A stretch of 64,000 bases of DNA from Podarcis gaigeae (Eukaryota). Below are positions 1 through 11,520 of the stretch, piece after piece. Location: assembly GCA_964106915.2 (NCBI GenBank), contig OZ066914.1, one strand, 5' to 3'. How positions within the stretch are numbered: position 1 is the first letter of the stretch; every line of letters begins with the position of its first letter. A model generated the notes under the pieces. The model was not told the origin of the DNA. It saw only the letters and a list, made by a program, of their open reading frames with translations, and did not search any database. The translations under genes were made by a program, and so were the position numbers.

Positions 1-27
1 TTAAAAAATGAAGGTGTTGGTTCATAC

Positions 28-246
28 CTCAAAATTGTACTTTTTCATCTGGTTCAAGCGCCTGCAGTATAAATACAACATTCCAATACTGCTGCCCACA
101 GCGATGTAGTCCTCATTAGTGTCAAGTGCAGTGAGGTATACCACAATGGAACGGAATCCCTTTTGGATCTTTGTAGGAATGGCATTGAGAAGATAGTACA
201 AGGGACAGAACTCCTTGAAGGTAAACGATGGAGTCGCCGATGCCAT
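28..246 (-). CDS. TECPR2: TECPR2 first coding exon (73 codons); gene continues beyond the left edge
   Basis: MASATPSFTFKEFCPLYYLLNAIPTKIQKGFRSIVVYLTALDTN...YNFE matches the recalled TECPR2 N-terminus; ends at donor GAG|GTATGA; an extra in-frame ATG lies at 255. Confidence 0.95.
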
Positions 247-920
247 GGCAAACATCTGTATGTGCTACCTAGAGGCTGGAAAAGATAAACTGCATGTACT
301 CCTGAAGCCCATGAAAACAAGGAGTATTTATTTCAGCAGCCACCCTTAGTATCTATACAACTGGGAGTATGTACAATGCTGGTGGGAAAAAGTGGTTTTT
401 CTCCCTCATGAAAAGTTTAATAATAATAATAATAATAATATTTACTGCATCACAGATCTGCAACTAGTTGGCTTAACATAATGCTCACACTGTATAACAT
501 TTTGTGTCTCATAACCCAGAACAACACTTTGTGATTTCTTTTTTATGCATGACAAAGGTTTTCAACTTATGAAAAGGAGAACACAAAGCAATTAGTTGCA
601 AATGTTCCAACACTCTTCCACTGTCTCCCAACTGATGGATGCCAACTGGCACCCTCAATATTTTGTAGAAAAATAATTCACTTCCATTAACTGCGGTTCA
701 GAGTTCCATTCAAAGCCTGACCAACTGTGGTTAGCCTTAACAATAGTTTGCAGAAATAAGCCAACTTTGAACTGTGGTTTACAAAGGAGCTTTGCGTCAA
801 TAAGCTGGGGATGGGAGATATGCATTTTACCCAGCTTCCCTCTTCTCCTCCAGAACCAAGCTCTCGGACAGCAATAGCAGTGTGAATTAATGCACAAGAT
901 TCCTTGTCTTTCATTTAACA

Positions 921-1201
921 CAGGGGTCAGCAACGTAAGGCTCATGGACCCCCGCCGCCCACTCAGTCAGCTCCCATGCGCCACGCTAAACCGGCACAGA
1001 GCAGAGCGGGGATCGCCTTCCGCAACGCTGGCTGGCTTCCCATTGGCTGCAGGAAGTTTCTGCAGCCAATGGGAAGCTGCACACACCTCCTCCACACGGA
1101 AATAGTGTTTGCACATGTGTGCGTGCGTGCGCACTCCGGCCCACTGCGGCATCTGCAGGACAGTGAACCAGCCCAAGCCACAAAAACTTTGCCAACCCCT
1201 G
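921..1201. mobile_element. Non-autonomous hAT element
   Basis: TIRs CAGGGGTCAGCAA / TTGCCAACCCCTG; exact 8-bp TSD ATTTAACA. Confidence 0.85.
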
Positions 1202-3091
1202 ATTTAACATCACTACAATTGGGGAATGTTCCCAAAGAATGCAAAATTCACAATTCCTTCTGTGCCCCGGGTCCCATTTATGAATCCCACAGAGTTTAAA
1301 AACAAAAATACTCTCTAAGAGGCTGATCCAAAGATGTAACAGTGAATCTTAATGTTAGTGTCAAATCTCTTCCCCATCCCCACACCTGTGGAAGCGAAGC
1401 TAATGGGAAGTCAAGAACAACCCTTGGTTTCACATCATGGTTTATTTGGAGCAAAACAAACCATGGTACTCAGCTTGGATGTAACACTAAGTCAGGGATC
1501 ATGGTTGTTGTTTTTTTAAGCGTTTATTAATTTTCCAATAAGAACATCCAACTAAGATATTAAATCAAATCAAATAAAAATAAAAAACTAAAATAAAAAG
1601 TCCATTTGTCTTCCAAATTGTAATCTTAATTTTTTTTACTTCCCACGGTCTGAATTCCAAAGCGTTTTCCACATCATAGTCCTGTGTCTTATCAACGTCA
1701 GGGATCATGGTTTGTTCCTCCCAATCATGCTTGGGGAGGAGTGATGTGGAAGTCACATGTGTTGCTGACAGGAAACCATTAACTATGGCTTGCCACAACT
1801 TGCAAACATAGCCAAATCAGCAATCCTGTTCATTCAAGCCAATGCCAATGCTTCCATCTCTGCCACCACAGGAAATTATGCAGAATTAATGTCTGTGCAA
1901 GCACTCAAGACCATAGCAAGTAAAAGCCACACATGCAAGTAAAAGTTCCAAATAAATATTGTCCCTTGCTAACAGTGGAGAAGGGGGGGAAGTCTAGTTA
2001 AATCCTGGCATCCCTCTTGCATTGGGTCATATGATTTACTCCTACTACTGATATCTAAGTATGCATTGAAGACCTCCTCATACATTATAAAGTTGCCTTA
2101 AGTGTAGAAAATTATGTACAACCCAAATGCAGTTCATCACTGAACATGGGTTGGCCAGCGGTCATTTACCTGCCTATGTACGTACAGGGAAGAGCCAGCA
2201 TTGGAATTAGGCACAATTAAAGGTCAAAGTGAATGTCTTGCTAATTTCCACACCCAGTTCTCATGTGGCAGCCCTCTGGATTGCTTAAGCTCTGCTAACA
2301 CAGTGCGCTTAAGAGTTTTTAGGGAACTTCTATTTTGTGAGCTAAGGTTATAATAAATTTTGGATACCGGTACTTTTTTCAAAACAGAATATTAACTTTC
2401 ATGTCAAAACCAAGGGTTATGGTGCACTCACTCTGCTAGTCTTCCATCGAAGAATCCTATGGCTTTAAGCAGCCAGTTCATCACATTCAGTCCGCTACCC
2501 TAAGGCAGGATACATCTTTGTTGCAGACAATAAATTTCGAAAACGGTGTGTGTTATCCTCCTGTTGAAGTAACAGTAGCTCAAATAATGAAACCATTAAA
2601 TCACTTTGAAGGGACAGCGTCAACTGTTTTGCTTTTTAAACAAACATAAAACCAGGTCCCAGGGGAGCTACCTTTTCAAAACCATACATTTGTAACAAAT
2701 AAATGATTTGTCCAAGGAAGAATTCAACAAGCATCAGGCAGAACCGTGAAAGAAGTACCATAAATAACTGAAGTTCACTGGGCTACAAGGTGGCTGTGCC
2801 AACATATGTAGCTTGCAGAATTAGTAAATGCACATCTCAAGTATCAGGAACTTTGCCACTTTCCTAGCTACAGATATTTAGGATGGAAAAGCTTCTCGGA
2901 ATATGTTTTCATTTCAGGAACCCAGGAGCTGTTAAGGGTTGGTGCTGCAATATTAATTCTGCAAACTGTGCAGCAGTGAGAGGAGTTGCTTAAAGGGATA
3001 GGATTCTCACCCACCCCCATTTCAATGCCGTGTAGAAGTTGTATTATTTATTTGTTTTGCTAAGAAGGGCATGAAGAGGAAAACACGAATC

Positions 3092-3092
<1 letters not shown>

Positions 3093-3134
<42 letters not shown>

Positions 3135-3136
3135 AA
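3093..3136 (+). repeat. (GAAA)n microsatellite
   Basis: Direct reading. Confidence 0.95.
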
Positions 3137-3684
3137 AGACAAGACTAATGGGAGAAGGGAAAACTTCTGGTTGGATTTTTGTCCTTCCTCCTCAATGCAG
3201 AATGACAATTCTAACCCATGAGTGATAAAAGATGGCAGAATTAAGAGATCCCATTAATCGACAGAGTAATAATCAGTGTTGGGAAGCCCAACCACCCCAC
3301 CTGAAGCATGAACGAAACTAGAGTACAGGCGGGCAGACAGGCGGCCGAAATACACTAAAGGAGGTAAACAAACCCAGCACTCGGCGGTTCCCAAACATGC
3401 GCCCCCTCTTGAGATGCTCAAGGCAAGCCTCATTCTCTGTGCGCGCCTTGGCGGGCAGAGAAGCCAACCAACCGCCCAGAGCTCGTCAGGACGGAGCCTC
3501 GACACGTGTTTCCAGCGCCAGGTCTCTCGAAGGAAACCCGGGAAGGAATGCGTAAAAAGGGGGTTCTCCGGACGGTGAGCGTCCTTCTTATCGCCTCCTG
3601 CAGCCAGGGAAGGGAAGAAGAGAGGGCCGCCCAGCCAGAAGGCTCCCACCCCGTCTCCCCGCCGCGCTAGGCTGCCCTCCTCAC

Positions 3685-3780
3685 CTCAGCAGGAGCCGGG
3701 GCCGGGGCCTGAGCTCCCGCGTCGCCCCCAGGCCCAGCGGCGCTGGGTCTCCAGCGCTGGGCGGCGGAGCTGGGCGGAGC
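3685..3780 (-). other. TECPR2: Probable non-coding first exon of TECPR2 (5' boundary approximate)
   Basis: Minus-strand donor GAG|GTGAGG at 3685/3684 inside the CpG island, upstream of the coding exon. Confidence 0.6.
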
Positions 3781-3838
3781 CGGACGTGAGCGCACTTCCG
3801 AGGGGAGGGAGCGGCCTCGGCCTCGGGTGGCGGCGGAG

Positions 3839-3845
3839 ATGGCCG
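3839..3845 (+). CDS. CINP: CINP exon 1 (ATG GCC G)
   Basis: gagATGGCCG|GTAAGC; phase 1 joins exon 2 in frame. Confidence 0.8.
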
Positions 3846-4978
3846 GTAAGCGCTTCTTCCCCAGGCAGCGGGCGGGAGCGCGGCCTGCAGCTCCTGCGGC
3901 GGAGGAGGTCCCGGGTGCCTCCACCAGGGAAAGCGGTTGCTGGAGAAAGGCGCATGGGGAGCGGGCGCCACAACCCAGCAGTTTTTTTCCTCCCTCTCAA
4001 GTAATACCAGGACGGCGGTGGGGGGCGTGCGAGGGAGCAGAAGATGAAAGGGTAGCGGGACGGTGGAACTCCCCGCCACTGGAGGCAGGGTTGGCCTCCG
4101 ACTTAAGAACTATAAGGGTTCAGGGCCGGGTTTAGGTTTGATGAAGCGCTAAGCTGCTGAAGGTAATGGGGCCCTTTATATGTCCGGCTGTCCTTTGTCA
4201 ACAACAAATAGTCGCGTTTTTGTGTTGAATAAATGCTATATAGTAATTTATGAACCTAGTAAGTATCTAAAGCCATTTGCACATGCAGAATGTAGGCACC
4301 CTATATATAGAAATGAGCAAACCAGTGATATTTCAGGGAGCAGGCTAGCAGGTGGGGCCCATCATTGGAGCCTACAACCACAAAACACTGTTGCTGTATG
4401 TAGGCTTTATTTTATTTGTTTTTTATCTTATATTTTGAAAATGTACATCCAGGGTTTTTTTCCTTTAAATTTTTTGGCGGCCCACAGGGGCCCTAAGCTA
4501 TAGCTGGTTTAGCTTATAGGTAAATCCAGCACTGCATATGTTGTGAGGCGGTCGTGGCGGGAGTTGAGAGAGGCTGTTTCTGAACGGAAGCAGGGAGAAG
4601 GGTGAATTTTGGGAACTGGTTGTGGGGTTGCGAAGGAAGCGAGATGATACTGCGATGCTACTACAATCCCGGCTTCCGGTTGGGTTGGGTTGGTCATCTT
4701 CTTCACATGTTTGGGTGATGGGCAATGGGCAGGCGCACTGTGTTGCAGTGAGCAGAGACCTGTCAGTTTTCTATCAATGAAATAAAACCTCTTATTGAAG
4801 GTTTGAAGCAAAGTGCCAGGTGAAGATAGAGGCTGAAACTTCACAAAACAATGAGAATGGCGTTGTTGTTTATTTTGTTATTAGTACATTACAAAAAAAT
4901 GTTGCCAGCAGTCTAAAATGTCTCACATAGATATTTTCCCTCTTCCTATTTAAAGGGTTTTATTGTGTTTTTGATTAG

Positions 4979-5138
4979 CCAAAGGCTCAACTCCAAAGAC
5001 ACCTGTATTATCCATCAGTGCAAGGAAAATTAAAGATAATGCAGCAGACTGGCATAATTTAATGATAAAGTGGGAAACTCTGAATAATAAGGGATTTACC
5101 ACGGCCACCAAAATCGTGAACATCAAAATTTCTGCAGA
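4979..5138 (+). CDS. CINP: CINP exon 2
   Basis: AKGSTPKTPVLSISARKIKDNAADWHNLMIKWETLN..., the CINP signature; bounded by AG and GTAAGT. Confidence 0.95.
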
Positions 5139-5349
5139 GTAAGTATATTGAAAGATCTTGTCGATGGTTCCAATGCAAATTTATTACCTTAGGCCATCAC
5201 TTTTTAAAATCTGCATTATATGAATGTAACAATTTACCTTGCATTATGCACTGACTACAGTTGACTCTATATATTATAGGCAACAAGGGGTAGGAGTTGT
5301 CAGAGGAACAGAGCTTCTATTATGTATAGTGAATGATATTTTTCTTTAG

Positions 5350-5476
5350 GTGCAAAGATGGCAAGTTGGAAATAGAACATGATAATATTGCTTCAGAGTC
5401 CGGAAGACGACCAGTTGACTACAATGTAGAGTTGGAGGATTGCTGTACAGAACTACTTGATACTTTTGAAAACATG
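5350..5476 (+). CDS. CINP: CINP exon 3
   Basis: CKDGKLEIEHD...DYNVELEDCCTELLDTFENM; phases consistent with neighbours. Confidence 0.9.
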
Positions 5477-6210
5477 GTACGCTATTTCTCTTATTAGAAC
5501 CCCCACTGCATTTTTCTGTTTCCACCATCCTCCTATACATCAGTGGTTCCCAAAACTTTCCCCAGCCCAGGGGACCAGTTAAGTGATTTTTCTGCAAGTT
5601 GTAGCAATTATAACACACACTGCTGGATGCTGTGTGATTTCTTAACTCTTTTTTTATGGACACATTGCAGACCACCTAAATGAAACTCCTGGACAGTTTC
5701 TGAGCCCTTGTTCTGGAGAGGGAGAGGCCATAGCCACTTGTGGGAGATCTAGAGGTCTTCTTTTCAACAATGTTTTCCATGAATATTCAAGACCCCTTCA
5801 CAAGAGAGGGTATAAGAATTATATGCAAATCTACCTAATGGAGCAATCAACCAAATGAAAAATGAATCTCTTCTGTGCAAAACATTCAGAAGGGAGAACT
5901 GAAGCTATTCGTAATGTTTTGTTGTGAAAAATGCCCTTTGAGAACTACTAATTTTAGTCCAGTACTGACTGAATACTTTAATTAGTGATTTGTCTCTAAT
6001 CCAGTTATCCAGTCTTTGTAATAAAAGTTCCCTGGTTGTGAAGTTTCTGAAAGTAGGGATTGAGTAGCCTACACGGGTAGAACATATGTTAAGCTGCAGT
6101 CGTATTCATGGGTACTCAGAAATAAGTCACATTGAATTCAGTTGAGGTTAGGCCAGGTAGGTGGGACTAGGAATGCCACTTCAGGACAAAAACACATTTA
6201 TTGTTATTAT

Positions 6211-6560
6211 TACATTATTTACTCGTATGTAATGTGTACCATTTTGGCCCAATTATGTCATGGAAATTAGTGTGTGCATTAGATTTGATGGTGCATTAGA
6301 TTCAATTGCAAGCTTGAAAAACCCAGACATAGCAAATACAGCAGTATCTCTGGTTACGAACTTAATTCATTCCGAAGGTCCGTTCTTAACCTGAGGTACC
6401 ACTATAGCTAATGGGGCCTCCTGCTGCTGCTGCGTAATTTCTGTTCTCATCCTGAGGTAAAGTTCTTAACCCGAGGTACTACTGTACTTTTTTTGGTTTT
6501 AAGGTTTTGAAAACTGAGGTTTTTAAATTAGATTTGCATTAGATTCACATAAATATGGTA
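6211..6560. mobile_element. Degenerate Tc1/mariner-type MITE interrupted by a second MITE
   Basis: Ends TACATTATTTACTCG...AAATATGGTA (TACCGTATTT-type TIR); nested insert at 6339-6484. Confidence 0.55.
6339..6484. mobile_element. Tigger-like MITE (internally deleted copy)
   Basis: TA-flanked CAGCAGTATCTC...GAGGTACTACTG; same family as 27249-27479. Confidence 0.75.
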
Positions 6561-6731
6561 TTTATTACCGTAATTATTATTGTTTATTAAATTTGTATAT
6601 CGCTCTTCATCTGCGGATTTCAGGGCAGTTCCAACATAAAATTCAATGTGACTTCTGAATAGACATGGTTAGGATTGTACTGTTGGTTACAAAATATTAG
6701 CTTCTTACACAGACACTTAAAACTTTGTTAG

Positions 6732-6852
6732 GCAAAAATACAACAGAAAATGGAAAAACTATGTTCAACTACTAAAGGGATCTGTGACTTAGAAGCATAT
6801 CATGGAGATCAGAAGACACCATTCTTTCACACGTGGCCCATTCCTTACTTCT
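6732..6852 (+). CDS. CINP: CINP exon 4
   Basis: AKIQQKMEKLCSTTKGICDLE...FHTWP; AG and GTAAGT. Confidence 0.95.
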
Positions 6853-7568
6853 GTAAGTAAATTCTTCCTCTTTGAGATACTGCTATTTCTTTCTGCTGAA
6901 GCATATTCGTTTGAAAATGAGAGTGGAATACTGTGAGCTAAAGAAATTAAATTTAGCTTATATTGCTTGAATTGCAAATTTGCAAGGCAACTATAGCTCT
7001 CAGAAGAGAATGATTCACATCATCAACCCACATCAATTCCTAGAATTCCATATGTTGAAACCAGATAAGCTTTTTAAAAATTTCGCAGCAGGAGAAATAT
7101 GGAACTTGAGGGATGGAAGATGAGTTAGCTAATTCTAAAGCTTAAAAACTATAGGCAAGCAATCTAGCTAGCAATGTAGTATGTTCAGCATTTGTAATAT
7201 GAAGCAAAATCAGAGCACTACTCCAGCATTCTGAATTATGGCTTCGTCAATACATATGAGAGTATGCACTCTGAGGGTGTCGTAGCTGTACCACATTCGC
7301 CATGTGTTCCCTATCAAACCGGCTGCAGCAGGGAAGCCTCCTGGAATCATGGCTGCATCTATGCATTTTGAAACCCTGAAAAAAAATATCAGGCTTTCAA
7401 AGTGCACAGGGGTACATGCAGACAGTTGCTAGGAAACACAGCATCTAATTGAGAGGAGGGTGGGGACAAAGTTAGGGCACATTCTTCTCTTCATTTGCTG
7501 TCCTAAGCCATATTCAGAATGCCTATGTATTTCCAGAGCTACTTCTTGATTTAATTTATCTTTTTCAG

Positions 7569-7771
7569 ATGAAGTTTCTGGAAAGCTCCTGAACATGTAC
7601 TCAAAGGAACTAAAACTCAAGCAAACTATTGTGCAAGAGATTGCTCATACCGCTGACCAAGATCTCCTGATGGCCTACTTGTCATCATGGTTATACCAGC
7701 CCTACATTGAGAATACCAGCCAAGTATTACTAGAAAGCATGCTGTTGGAAACAGGACACAGGCTGGTCTAA
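7569..7771 (+). CDS. CINP: CINP exon 5 (last; protein 205 aa in total)
   Basis: EVSGKLLNMYSKEL...WLYQPYIE...LESMLLETGHRLV, stop TAA at 7769-7771. Confidence 0.95.
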
Positions 7772-7871
7772 CCTTTCCTGCCACTTCATAAGGTTGCATT
7801 TGCCTTGAACTGCATTGCTAATACATTAAACACAATGCAGTTTATATATTTTTGTATAGTTCCAACTTTTT

Positions 7872-7877
7872 AATAAA
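7872..7877 (+). terminator. CINP polyadenylation signal AATAAA
   Basis: AATAAA 100 nt after the stop, followed by a T-rich tract. Confidence 0.7.
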
Positions 7878-8181
7878 GTCTGTTTTATTTTCTAAGATTG
7901 TATCTACCTAGCAGGTCCCATATTTGGATTACAACAAACAAAACCACTTAAGAGGTTTTAGTACCATCCAGATTTATATAAATTTTGTAAAATAATAGAA
8001 TCAAAACAATTCTAACACAGAGCTTGATTAGTCTCTAAAAATCTGCTCTCACAGATTTCAATATCCAGTGGAACTCCTTTTTCTTTTGTTTTAAAGTCTG
8101 AACTTTCACACCATGAGTGTAAGAGGAGCCTGCTAGAGTAGGCCAATGGTCTATCTAGTCAAGCATATTGTTCTCAATAGC

Positions 8182-8328
8182 CAACTATATGCCTGTGGAA
8201 AGCCTGCTAGCAGTACCTGAGTGCACCAGCACTCTCTCCTCATTTATAATCATATTTGGATTATAAACGAGGAGAGAGTGCTCGTGCACTCAGGAACTGC
8301 TAGCAGGCTTTCCACAGGCATATAGTTG
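8182..8328. repeat. Inverted repeat: 70-bp arms, 7-nt loop, 3 mismatches
   Basis: 8182-8251 pairs with 8259-8328 by direct inspection. Confidence 0.95.
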
Positions 8329-9299
8329 TAGCTGGATCTTTCACCAGGGCTATGAGAAAAGTTAACACATGCCTTAGATTACGAGGCCGATATGTAAATC
8401 CCATAAAGGCCCATCCTTGCCTCTGTTGCTAGGCCATGACAGCACAGAAAGCACTGGGGATTTCAGGAAACACATACAAGAGGCAAAGCACTAACAGCCT
8501 CCTGCTCTTCTCAGCATCCTAGCTGCCAGGCCCATTTTTTTAGGCACCAATGGCTATTAGGCACTTTTTGCATTTCTACCTTAAAGAGTCAACAGAAAAT
8601 GGTTAACATTAGGCAAATGCTACATTACCATTTCGGCTCAGGTTGTGCCTAGAGGCATATGCTTTTTAGAATTGCCACTACTCTGGGAAATTATCTAAAT
8701 CTGAACAGCCTCGTTGAAGTCTGTATGTTGGGGGATTGGATTCATCCCTGGGACATGAAGGCCCACTCTTCCAGATGATAATATCTAAATATGAAAGTGA
8801 CCTACTTACCAGGCTGAAGCTTTCACTTCGTAACTGACTGCAATACAATCTCTCTATGCTTAGCAGCTTTAGAGAAGCTCCTGTGTTCAAAACATCAAAA
8901 TGACCTGACACACCCAAGGTGTCAAGGATAGTATGTGTAGTACCTTTAATTTGAACTAGATAAACCATCTGTTACAATTTGATTTCCAGCAATGAATGCC
9001 ATTACCTTTGTTTGCACAGATTGCCAATTTTATGAAAAGGTTCTTATCAATGAGCTGGTTCTTGATCTTCCCGTTTAGTCAAAAAGCAGCGTAATTTTGG
9101 TAATAAGTTGTGTCCAAAAAAACAGATCAGTTTGGTAAACAGTGCAGTTTACTTGGAATTCTAGTTACTCTTCAGTCATGTTAGTTGTAATTGCACAAAG
9201 GTCACAAGCAGCAGAAAATTAAGATTTAATAACAAAAATAGACATTTAAGAAATTGCTTTTTAAAAAAAAAACCATATATTTTCATAACGGCTTTACTC

Positions 9300-10029
9300 T
9301 GAACAAGTTCTCTGTGTGAACAATGTTGTTAAAAGAACCTCTATACTTTCCAAAGAACTTGAATGTGTAAGTGCATCGCAGGATCTTCAATTTGGTTACA
9401 ACACTGGTTGAAAAAGACAGCAGCACCAGGATGGGGCAAAAGCCTGAACTATTTCATAGCCCTAGAGAAGAGTTTCTAGCTCATCCAGTCATCTTTTTAA
9501 TAGATTGTCAATGAGTTTTCTAAGATCATATAGAAATGTTATCTCATTGAGACCCAAATGGATTAGCTACTGCCATGTTACTAATTTGGGAAGATTTTGC
9601 TTAATTAGATACCCTAGGATGTTCACAATCTATTAATGACAAAATCCTTGCTTCTTCCTGAGATTCTTGATATTTTTCATTATGATTGCTTTCTTCATGC
9701 ACTGACAAGGAAGGATTTTGATTAGCTTTTTTTGATGCTGTGGAGTTACAAATCTCAAACACACTTAGTCCGCTTGCTGCATTACCCGAATACACTGCCA
9801 CCATCTTTTCTTGTGAACTTTCTGAACTGGCAAGTGGCAACCTTTCACTCCGTGAGAATAGGTAGCCTGAACAATCCAGCCCTGATACACTTGAAGGTTG
9901 TAAGATCTCAGCCTTCCCTTGCAGGAACTGATCTGTATCTGCAATCTCATTTGAAGCTTCTAGTTCAAGTGATTTGTGGCGCTCCTTTTGCTGTAATGTA
10001 TTTCCGGTGCAAATGTTTGCTCCGCAGTT
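9300..10029 (-). pseudogene. ZNF839: Relic of the ancestral ZNF839 C-terminal coding sequence, now apparently 3'UTR
   Basis: Same frame stays open for 142 codons after the TAG (to TAA 9601-9603); degraded coding-like fragments lie further downstream. Confidence 0.5.
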
Positions 10030-10046
10030 CTATTCTGGGGGGAAAC
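10030..10046 (-). CDS. ZNF839: ZNF839 exon 8 coding part as assembled (GFPPE then stop)
   Basis: tttttaag|GT TTC CCC CCA GAA TAG; matches the recalled GFSP start of the terminal exon, then an early stop. Confidence 0.6.
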
Positions 10047-10749
10047 CTTAAAAAATCAAGTTAAAAAACACAAAACTTCAGTTTACATTCATGTTCTTCA
10101 AAACATACAAAAAGGAAAGTGTTTTGTAAAATATTTATTTCATAAAAATTATATACCACCTGATTGTGGTATATAATTGTGGTATATGCTACCCATATAA
10201 AAAATTAAGCTGTTTAAGTATAATATTAAGCATTAAGTAGTATAATAAATAGTTTATAAACAAACAGCTTCTACTTTGGCAACAGATTTTTTAAAAAATC
10301 TGCTTGGCAGTCTTAACATTTATCCCTGAAAGTAGCCAGGTGGTGGGGTATTTACCAATAATAAATACTTGCATTATATCACATTTCCTTCCAATACAGG
10401 TTAAGAGCTAAACAAAGGTATAGTTATTTTTGTATGCCCAGTGGGGCTTTAAGCTCGTGTTTCTAAAACAGCTGTACTGACATTCATTTAGTGACATCTG
10501 GATTCAAATCACCAATAAAGAAAAAAAACTACTTTTGGAAAACCTATGCATTAAGTACCTTAAGGAGAATGCAAGTGTGAAGAATACAGCAAATTTTTAG
10601 CTAAGTTTCCTTTCTCTCTCTCCCTACTCAACATAATTTTTAGACTTATACCACTACAGTTTAAAGGGTCATTGTACTCTTTCAGCTTCCTAGCTATCTG
10701 CATGTAATTTTATCTTCAGGAAAGAGTGGAGATATTAGAATTCACATAC

Positions 10750-10870
10750 CACTACCTTCATATGCAGGACTTCGTTCCTTTATTTCACCTTGACTTGAAC
10801 TGATAGTCACACTTTCTAACAAATTTTCAGCTCTGATCTTTTTTGCAAATGGCAACATTTCATCTGAACC
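10750..10870 (-). CDS. ZNF839: ZNF839 exon 7
   Basis: GSDEMLPFAKKIRAE...AYEGS G|GTATGT; the in-frame acceptor is a weak GAG. Confidence 0.7.
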
Positions 10871-11172
10871 CTCTTGAGAGAGAAAATAAACTTACCAGCA
10901 TTTTCATCAAACATCAACTTTTTAAAATTATTCCAATATTTTAAAAAGCTCTATTCATTTGGCAGCACTTTGTGCCACACAAGAATCCAAGTGAATGAAC
11001 TTATGCCAAAAAAGTATGGTTTGCTTATAAAGACCAATTTTGTATGGAAGATGAAATATGCAACAGCTTATTTTCAGCAAGACATATACAAGCAAAAAAG
11101 GACAAGAAAAGTTAAATATGCTACAAGGTTTGTACAGTATTATTGATATGGCAGAATTCACCTATTTTATAC

Positions 11173-11310
11173 CTCAGTTGCTCGTTTCTGTCCCAGAATC
11201 TCTGTACATACAGGTGCATCAGCAATTTTAATACACTCAGGTGAAGATTCTATTGTTTGAACCACTTGCATTTCAAGATCACTGCCTATAATTCCTAGAG
11301 ATTCAGCCAC
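11173..11310 (-). CDS. ZNF839: ZNF839 exon 6
   Basis: VAESLGI...QKRATE|GTATA. Confidence 0.85.
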
Positions 11311-11520
11311 CTATGAAAGATGAGACACAATATTTTTGTTCTAGACCCGTAATACACAGTTTATTCACAGTAAATTTTATTATTTCAAAATTCTTATTTA
11401 CAGATGGTAAGTCAGCAGGGCATGTACCTGCTTTGATTATTTCGAGGATGGTTTTATTAGACCTTACCAAGTCTTCTTTGTTAATATTTTGAGTATCATG
11501 TTTGTAAATAAAGCTGATTT

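Larger units (their letters stand above)
3380..4130. promoter_or_regulatory. CpG island / bidirectional promoter shared by TECPR2 and CINP
   Basis: Very GC- and CpG-rich; GC boxes (GGGCGG) near 3758-3777; ETS site CACTTCCG 3793-3800; divergent first exons about 150 nt apart. Confidence 0.85.

Noticed and set aside
1400-1810. Recurring CATGGTT/AACCA motifs (also near 720-790 and 28320-28510)
   Set aside because: Irregular spacing; consistent with a decayed repeat family, not a CRISPR-like or functional array.
3254-4135. Many overlapping Ala/Pro/Arg/Gly-rich ORFs here and at 19328-20221
   Set aside because: Expected from stop-codon depletion in CpG islands.
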